A stretch of 63,322 nucleotides of DNA, the filler included, from Reclinomonas americana ATCC 50394 (taxonomy: Eukaryota), in NCBI GenBank assembly GCA_048213135.1. It is 18 parts of 18 records of this genome, joined end to end, with 100 filler letters (N's around TTAATTAATTAA, not from the genome) between each part and the next. Parts side by side here need not be neighbours in the genome. Positions count along the whole stretch, not along the records: positions 47,471 to 56,272 come from AFZH01021858.1; positions 56,373 to 57,466 come from AFZH01021859.1; positions 57,567 to 59,965 come from AFZH01021860.1; positions 60,066 to 61,835 come from AFZH01021865.1; positions 61,936 to 63,322 come from AFZH01021866.1; 13 more parts are not named here. One strand, 5' to 3'. Within the stretch, counting starts at the first letter, position 1. Each line of letters starts with the position of its first letter. Positions 55,428-63,322 of this stretch are shown here, one piece after another. A model generated the notes under the pieces. The model was not told the origin of the DNA and searched no databases. It saw only the letters and a list, made by a program, of their open reading frames with translations. Both the position numbers and the translations under genes were made by a program.

Positions 55428-58400
55428 ATGACCAGCGACATTGGACTGATCGGCCTCGGTATGCATCTTCACTGTGTGTGTCTCTCTCTCACACACTGCT
55501 CTCTCACTCTCTCTGTGAAAGGCGTAATGGGCCAGAACCTGGCGTTGAACATTGCCGATCACGGCTTCGAGATCAGCGTCTTCAACCGCACCTATGCAAA
55601 GACCGAGGAGTGTGTTGCGTAAGAGAGTGTGTGCAAGTTGTCTCTTGTGTGTGTGTGAAATGGCTGCCCAACAGAAACACACACACTTGTGCGCGTGCGT
55701 GTGTGAGAGTGTGTGTGTGAGAGAGAGAGAGAAGGGGAGAATGAGTGGGGGTGCAGGAGAAGGGAAGAGTGAATGTGTGAGCGAGAGAATGCATCAGTGG
55801 AGGATTGTGTGCATGCATGTGTGTGTGTGAGAGAGAGAGAGCGTGTGTGTTTGTGTGTTTGTGTGAGCTCACAGAGAATCATCCATCTGTCTTGTCTCTC
55901 TTTCTTTGTTTTATGTCGAGGACTCATCGGAGTTTTTCTTTCTTTTTTTTGTTTTTGTTAGTTGGCGCTTGCTGCGGAGCAAGGACATGGACGGTTCAAG
56001 ATGGTGGGCTTGGCGGCGTTGCCGGAGTTTGTGGCGTCGCTGAAGGTGAGGAGATGATGAGGAGGGGTGAAGGGGCAAAGGGGGGAGGAGGGAGAGAGAG
56101 AGGGGGAGAGCTTGGTAGAAGATGGAGGGAGAGAGGGGGGGAGAGGGGGAGAGCTTGATTGAAGAAGATGGAGGGAGGCAATATGCGATGGAGAACAAGA
56201 GAAAGAGGCGAGCGCCTTGCTTTCCGTGTCCTTACATGTTGATTGATGTGCCTCGAGTATGGAGGGAAGGAGNNNNNNNNNNNNNNNNNNNNNNNNNNNN
56301 NNNNNNNNNNNNNNNNTTAATTAATTAANNNNNNNNNNNNNNNNNNNNNNNNNNNNNNNNNNNNNNNNNNNNTGAGTGTGTGAAGGGGGGGGGGGAGAGA
56401 GAGAAGTAAAAGAAGGGAGATGGAGGGGAGGGAGATAGGGGAAGAGAGCTTGACAGAAGAAGATGGAGGGAGGCAATATGCGGTGGAGAACAAGAGATGG
56501 AGGCGAGCGCCTTGCTTTCCCTGTCCTGGCGTTACAAGATTTCGATTGACGTGTATTTGTGTGAGGGCGGGAAGGAGAGAGAAGTGAAAGAGGGGAGACG
56601 GAGGGGGAGGGAGATGGGGGAAGAGAGCTTGACAGAAGAAGATGGAGGGAGGAGGCAATATGCGATGGAGAGAAAGAGGCGAGCGCCTTGCTTTCACTGT
56701 CGATTGATGTGCCTGAGTGTGTGAGAGATCAGTGAGTATATTTGTCCTTGATCTTCCTCATTTCCTGTGTCGCTTCTCTCCTCTTCTCTTATCCTCACTT
56801 GTGCTGCATGATATTCTTCTCTGTTCGTCTTTCTCCGCCCATTCGCACTCACTTGCCTGACGACGTGGTCTTTCTCTCTTGTACCTTCTCTTTTTCCCCG
56901 ACCTTACTTCTTGCGCTGTCGAGCATGATCTTCCACTCTCCCCATCTGTCCCGTCAATTGCATTTACTTGCCACGGCATGGGTTTTCCCATCTTGTTTCG
57001 CCTCTCCTTTCTCTGATCTCGCTGCCGGTGCTTGTGCCCATTTGTATTCCCTTCGTGGAATCCTCTCTTCGCCTCTTGTGCTCACTTGCGTCGATCATGG
57101 TCTTTTGCTCTTGTTCCTCCCCTTCTTTCCCCGGCCTCATTACTTGTCGTGTATGAATTGCTACTTTCCTCCTGGTTGTGTGTCTTGTACTTGCATTCCT
57201 CGCTCATGTTCGTTCTCTCTTTTCTCTCCTCTCCTTTCTCCAATCTCCTGCTTGCGCTCACTCATTGTTTCCTCGATGATTTTCCGCTCTGTCTTTCACC
57301 CACTTGCCTGACAGCATGGTCTTTCTCTTGTGGTCCTGCCCTTCTTGCCGTGACCTGCTTGCGCTCAGTCACTGTTCGGTGATTTTCACTCTGTTTCTCT
57401 GTCTTCACACGCGTCTGGCGGCATGATCTTCTCTCTCTTTTTCCTTCCCCCTTCCCCTTCCCCTTCNNNNNNNNNNNNNNNNNNNNNNNNNNNNNNNNNN
57501 NNNNNNNNNNTTAATTAATTAANNNNNNNNNNNNNNNNNNNNNNNNNNNNNNNNNNNNNNNNNNNNCTCTCTCTCTCTTCTCCTCCTCCTCCTCCTCCTC
57601 CTCCTCCTCCTCCTCCTCCTCCTCCTCCTCCTCCTCCTCCTCCTCCTCCTCCTCCTCCTCCTCCTCCCCTTCCCCTCTCTCCCCTTCCCCTCTCTCCCCT
57701 CTCCCCTTCCCCTTTCCCCCTGTCGCTCATCTCTTCCCCTCCACAGCGCCCCCGACGAATCATCATGATGCTCACCGCCGGCGCGGCCGTCGAGGCTGTC
57801 GCCGAGCAGCTGTATCCGCTGCTGGAGCGCGGTGACATTCTGATTGACGGCGGCAACGAGTGGTACGAGGTGAGATTGTGTGCACCAGTGTGCGCATGGG
57901 TGTTTCTCGCGCTCACATCGTCGTGGCTCGCGCAGAACACGGAGCGCCGCCAGAAGCGCGCTCTGCAGGAGGGCGTGTTGTGGGTCGGCATGGGCGTCAG
58001 CGGTGCGTCGTCGTCGCTTCTCGCAGTTTCACATCTCGTGCTCGTGTTCCTCACTTTGTTTGGTGGGTAGGCGGTGAGGTGGGTGCGCGATATGGACCCT
58101 CGCTCATGCCGGGTGGCCCACGAGAGGCCTACGATGCGCTGCAGCCGATCCTCGAGTCGATTGCGGCCAAGGTCGACGACGGCCCGTGCGTCACGTACAT
58201 TGGCGAGGGTGCCTCGGGCAACTACGTCAAGATGGTGCACAATGGCATTGAGTATGCCGACATGCAGGTGGGTGGGGGGAGGGGGAGGGTAGGGGGGAGG
58301 GGAGGGGAGAGGGGGAGAGGGGAGAGGGGGAAGGGAGGATAAGTGTGGAAGGGTGGAGGGGATGCGGACATCGCCGTTTGTACGCTGTCTATCACTCACT

Positions 58401-59123
58401 GGTGTCTTTTGCAAGTCCGTCTGCTATCTTTATCAATATGTGCATATGTATTAAAATTGTATCGTGTGTTGTCCGTCGCTCATCGCTCTGTCTTGTCCGC
58501 CCCTTTTCTGCCAAGGTCGAGGGTCCAGGGTTAGCAGTGCATCCACTTTTGTCTCTCTCTCTCTCTCTCTTTCTCTTCTTTCTTTCTTCGTGCCTCATTT
58601 GTCGTCTGCTTCACACCTTTTCAACGCTCGTCTCTCCATCTCTTCTCTACCCTCTCTTCTCTCTCTCGCACACACTCTTCTTTCTTTCCTCGTGCGTTCC
58701 TTATCGTCTGCTTCGCACATCTTCGAAACTCGTCTCTCCTTCTCCCTTCTCCCTCTTTGTCTCTGTCTCTCTCTCACACTCTTCTCACTTTTCCTCTCTC
58801 CCTTCTCCCCTCTCTCTTCTCCCTTCTCCCCTCTCTCTTCTCCCTTCTCCCTTCTATCTTCTCCCTTCCTCCTTGCCTTTCCCTTTTGTTGCTCACCCTT
58901 CCTCCCTTCTCTCCAACAGCTCCTCGCCGACTCCTACGATATCCTCAAGCGCGTCGGCGGCCTCACCAACGACGAACTCGCCGAGGTCTTCACCGAGTGG
59001 AACCGTGGCGAGCTGCAGAGCTTCCTCGTGGAGATCACCAGCAAGATCTTTACGAAGAAGGACGACTTGGTCGACGACGGTTCGTTCTTGGTCGACAAGA
59101 TTCTCGATGCCGCCGGCAACAAG
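55428..59123 (+). CDS. gnd: 6-phosphogluconate dehydrogenase, decarboxylating (3' part not visible; spans two linkers)
   Basis: [99 protein letters not shown]. Confidence 0.96.
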
Positions 59124-59239
59124 GTTTGTTCTTGTCGACTGTGATCTGCAATATTCGCTATCCCTCCGTGCGAGACTGTATGCGAGCGTCTCGTTGCTGT
59201 CTCTTTGCTGGCCTCAGTTCTTGTCTCTCTTTAATTGTC

Positions 59240-59837
59240 TGCTCGTCTTTTTTCCGTGCTTGTATCTCTTTAATCTTCACTCTGTTCTTGTTGTCTCTTT
59301 CGCTAGAAAAGTCGTTCTTCTCTGCTCTCTCTCCCTCTCTCTCTTGCGTGCGAGCGACTCCTTGATTGTCTCTTTGTTTGCTTGCCTCTCTTGTCTCTCT
59401 TTCTTTCTCTTTTGCCTCAGTGCTCATCTTCCTTGCTTGTGTCTCTTCAGTCTTCGATCTGTTCTTGTTGTCTCGTTCGCTTGAGGCGTCGTTGTTCTCT
59501 GCTCTCTCTCTCTCTCTCTTGCGTGCGAGCGACTCCATGATTGTCTCTTTGCTTGCCTCTGTTCTTGTCTCTCTTTCATTCGTGTCTCTGTGCTCATCTT
59601 TCCTTGCTTATGTCTCTTCAATTTTCACTCTGTTCTTGTTATCTCTTTCGCTAGAAACGTCGTTCTTCTCTGCTCTCTCTCTCTTGCGTGCGAGCGACTC
59701 CTTGATTGTCTCATTGTTTGCTTGCCTCTCTTGTCTCTCTCTCTTTCTCTTTTGCCTCAGTGCTCATCTTTCCTTGCTTGTGTCTCTTCAATCTTCACTC
59801 TGTTCTTGTTGTCTCTTTCGCTTGAGGCGTTGTTCTT

Positions 59838-59845
<8 letters not shown>
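59240..59845 (+). repeat. Intronic tandem repeat (approx. 170-180 bp) in gnd gene
   Basis: CTCTTGCGTGCGAGCGACTCC..GATTGTCTC occurs three times with shared flanks. Confidence 0.8.
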
Positions 59846-59883
<38 letters not shown>

Positions 59884-60074
59884 TCTTCTTCTTCTTCTTC
59901 TTCTTCTTCGTTCTTCTTCTTCGTTCGTTCGTCGTTCGTTCGTTCGTTCGTCGTCTCGTCGTCTCNNNNNNNNNNNNNNNNNNNNNNNNNNNNNNNNNNN
60001 NNNNNNNNNTTAATTAATTAANNNNNNNNNNNNNNNNNNNNNNNNNNNNNNNNNNNNNNNNNNNNTCTCTCTCT

Positions 60075-60160
<86 letters not shown>

Positions 60161-60344
60161 GCGCACGCACACACACATTACCGCAACAAAACAAGAGAAA
60201 GACAGCGGCGACACGAATGCTCTCACTGGCACATGCATACTCATCCACTGAACTTCGGAGCGCTGGGTTCTCCCATAATTCACTGACGCACGACACGATC
60301 GCTCACGGAGACACCAAGAAACAAAGCGGAGAGCTGTTAGTGTT

Positions 60345-61190
60345 CTCGCACAGTGCACATCGTTCGATCTTCTTTGTCCTCCAGCTGCGCAGTTTGCCTT
60401 TTCAGGTTGACTGGCTTGCAGACCTTCCTGCAGCCCACGATGCATTGTCGCATGCTCTCCTGGCACACCTCACTGCAAGTGGCGTCACACTTCCACCCTT
60501 TCACTCCACCGACACCTTTCTCCCCCACCCAAATCCACCCCATCTCAGCGCCTCGGCGGCTGCTGCTGCTGCTGTTGCTGCCACGACGGATTCTCCCGCT
60601 CTCCACGCGGCTCCGGCATGGCCCACGGCTCCTCGCCACTGCATGACACAGCAATAAGCACCCTTGACAAATAATCACCTCACACTTCCAAATCCCCTCT
60701 CACCGATTGCCACCAGCAGCTGCACCTCCACCACCACCACCACCTCGACGACCACCCTGCAAGCACCGCATGTCAGGCACAACGAACCGCACCACCCTTC
60801 TCGCCTAACAAAACGCACCCCTCCACGTCCTCCTCCGCCACCACCACCACGACCGCCGCGCGCGTTGCCCGACGACGGCTCGCGCGCCAGCGGCGGTGCG
60901 ACAAACGGCGGCGCCGCAGACGTCGCAATGATTGCTGGATCCGACAATGGCGAAGCAGCAACGGCGGCTGCGGCGGCGGCGGCCGGCTGCGGCGGGCGCA
61001 CCTGTGGCATGTACGGAGGCGAGTCCTGTGTCAGCAGCCATGGTGAGATGCAATTCAAAGGGTCACTCCAGACTGACAAATAAACGCACCGCAGACAGCG
61101 GCGACACGGCCACATCGTCCTTCTTCTTCCACTTGCGCGAGGGTGGGCTGGCGGTGGCGTCACCCTGGTCGCGAGAGGCAAAGGAGTTAG
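60345..61190 (-). CDS. Fragment of a hypothetical multi-exon protein (Ala/Pro/Gly-rich)
   Basis: GC-rich exon-like blocks bounded by GTGCGT donors and CAG/TAG acceptors; no recognisable domain. Confidence 0.3.
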
Positions 61191-61935
61191 CAAAACACAA
61201 ACACATGCAGGATGACTCTCTCTTTCTCCCTCTCACAACAACAACAACAACAGCAACAACAACAACAGGCCACATTGTATTCCCTCTTTTTCCTTGCTGT
61301 CTCACACTTCTCCATTGTTCTTATTTCTCATACTTTCTGCCTTTCTCTTTCCCTCTCCTTCTCTCTCACACACGTACACACACAGATCCACACGACTGGA
61401 AATCACTCGTAAAGCAATGACTGGGAATGCAAGAATTTCGCTGTTTCTTGCTCCCAGTCTCACGCTGTCCCGCTTATTCTCATTTCTCTCTCTGTCTTTC
61501 TCACACACACAACAACAAAAAGTCAAAAGAATAGATGCAAGCACAAATACCCTTCGTGTCTCACTCTCTTTGTCACTCTCGTCTCAGGTAATGTCCATCA
61601 ATCTCCTCCCCCGCCCTCCCATTCTCTCTCTTTTCCTCACACCCCATACAACAACAACAATAACAACAACAACAACAAGAAAATCACTCGTAAAGCAAGA
61701 ATCGAGAAAGGAAGGGCCCACAGCACACTACGCTCTTTTCTTGCTCCTCGTCGCACGCTGCTCCCTCCTCCTTCTCCCATTTCTCTCTCTCTCTCTCTCT
61801 CTCTCACACACTTCCCCCTTCTCATCCCTCTCCCCNNNNNNNNNNNNNNNNNNNNNNNNNNNNNNNNNNNNNNNNNNNNTTAATTAATTAANNNNNNNNN
61901 NNNNNNNNNNNNNNNNNNNNNNNNNNNNNNNNNNN

Positions 61936-63322
61936 TTGCCTTGCAAGCTATTGCGACAGGAGGTTGATGCGGTTGACAGGCTGATGCGTTTCGCCAATCT
62001 TCTGCGCCGAGAGCTGCGCGGCAAGTTCAGCACCCTGGTGCTTGCCGCCAAAAGTATGGCAGATCCAGAGGAGGATGTGGTGGACCTGCAGTGCTGGCTG
62101 AGCTACTTGGACGCACTGGCGAGCATCGTGCCTTGTACCATGTCGAACGGTGTCGTGCGCGTGACGCATGGAGGCGTGTCGGCGCACTTGCAGATGCTTG
62201 CGCGGGATGGCGAGAGGAACGCATTCTCTCTCGGGTCGTTGTGTGACGAAACGGCGACGATCGCGCGGGAACTGCTGCACGTGAAGAAGCAGATCGATAA
62301 CTGCATCCGATGTTTTTCCGCATCAGCTGGTTCCACTGCATCACATGCGGATAGTGGCGTGCAGTCTCCTCTCCATCTGTCGGTGTCGTACCTGCGAGCA
62401 CTCCTGTCGCGCATTCAGTGTGATGAATCATCACAGCCGATGCACGTGCACGTCGACGATGCTGGCACCGACGATGTCGATGCTGGTCACGGTGCAGCAG
62501 GTGTTGGTGGAGGTGAGATTGTTGTTGTTGCATCGCATCGGTGCACCACCAGCGGTGTACTCACAGTCTTCATTGCATCGTCTCTCTGCAGTCACTGCAA
62601 CAATGCATGATCAGGACACGTCGACAAGCAGTGCGACGGCGGCTGCCGGTGTCGTTAACGTTCGCGATTGTGAGCACAGGCCTGACCAAGAATCCGGTGG
62701 CGGTGTGTGCATGCTGCATATATTTATGTGTGGATCGTGCGCAGCACGCATGTCATTTGTTTGTTGACACGGCATCTTTGTTTGATTGTTTGGTGCGCAG
62801 TTGCGAGTGGTGGCAATGGTGGTGGTGGTGGTGGTGGTGATGGTCGCCAGCTTCACTTGTCCGCTGTCGATTTCATGCGCTTTTTGCGCAATGACTTGCC
62901 TCGTCTGTGGGTTGCCCTCTTGAGCGACCCGGATGCTGGTGTAATCCAGCTCAACAAGCTCAGTCTGCATCTGGAGGAGAGACAGCGCGTGGTTCACGCC
63001 CTTCGCCGCATTCAGTGTGCCGTACTTGCTGGCGCGGGCGCACAGTTTTGGAACTCTTCTTCTCCCGCTGCCCCCAATCATCAACGTGAGAGTGCTCAGC
63101 ATGATGACGGTGAGTGCACCATGTATCTTTGATGTGCATTCGTGTTGGTTGCTCATCTGAATGCGCTTGTCGCTTGCTTGCCCGGCTTGCGCTCTCTCTC
63201 TCTCTCTCCTAGATGCAACGTCGTCTGGTCCACGTGGTGATGCCACCATGGCAAGCTCCATGACAATACGCGAACATCATGCGGCAGACATCGAGGACTT
63301 TATGGATGGCATCAATGCACTC
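61936..63322 (+). CDS. Fragment of a hypothetical multi-exon protein, open at both ends
   Basis: Long open frames (61936-62511, approx. 62800-63109, 63213-end) with plausible splice sites; no recognisable domain. Confidence 0.45.

Noticed and set aside
54971..55441. 157-aa N-terminal extension of WD40 copy 6 (520-aa ORF)
   Set aside because: Low-complexity, overlaps the gnd start, and all complete paralogs begin at the equivalent MS[TS] Met (54970).

Overview
This is eukaryotic (protist-like) genomic DNA: intron-rich, GC-rich exons, microsatellite- and minisatellite-rich introns. It consists of 18 contigs joined by 17 artificial 100-nt linkers (N44-TTAATTAATTAA-N44). Several genes continue across linkers, so local contig order looks real. 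Manual splicing supports these genes: a classical protein tyrosine phosphatase, a divergent CTC1-like OB-fold protein, SAM50, an SDR, a large secreted Pmp-like beta-helix protein, a METTL21-like methyltransferase, RPA1, a cytochrome b5-fused front-end desaturase, Gemin2, eIF3k, RidA, a TPR protein and 6-phosphogluconate dehydrogenase. Three observations stand out. (1) Six intronless, tandemly duplicated 7-repeat WD40 genes plus a relic have hypervariable top-face residues and a conserved SOCS/F-box-like C-terminal tail, a candidate diversifying recognition/ubiquitin-ligase adaptor family. (2) A spliced 62-aa four-beta-strand microprotein with a beta-barrel C-terminal signal lies next to SAM50. 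(3) Many introns use an atypical GTTGCG(T) 5' splice site. All calls come from motif recognition by eye; no database search was run.
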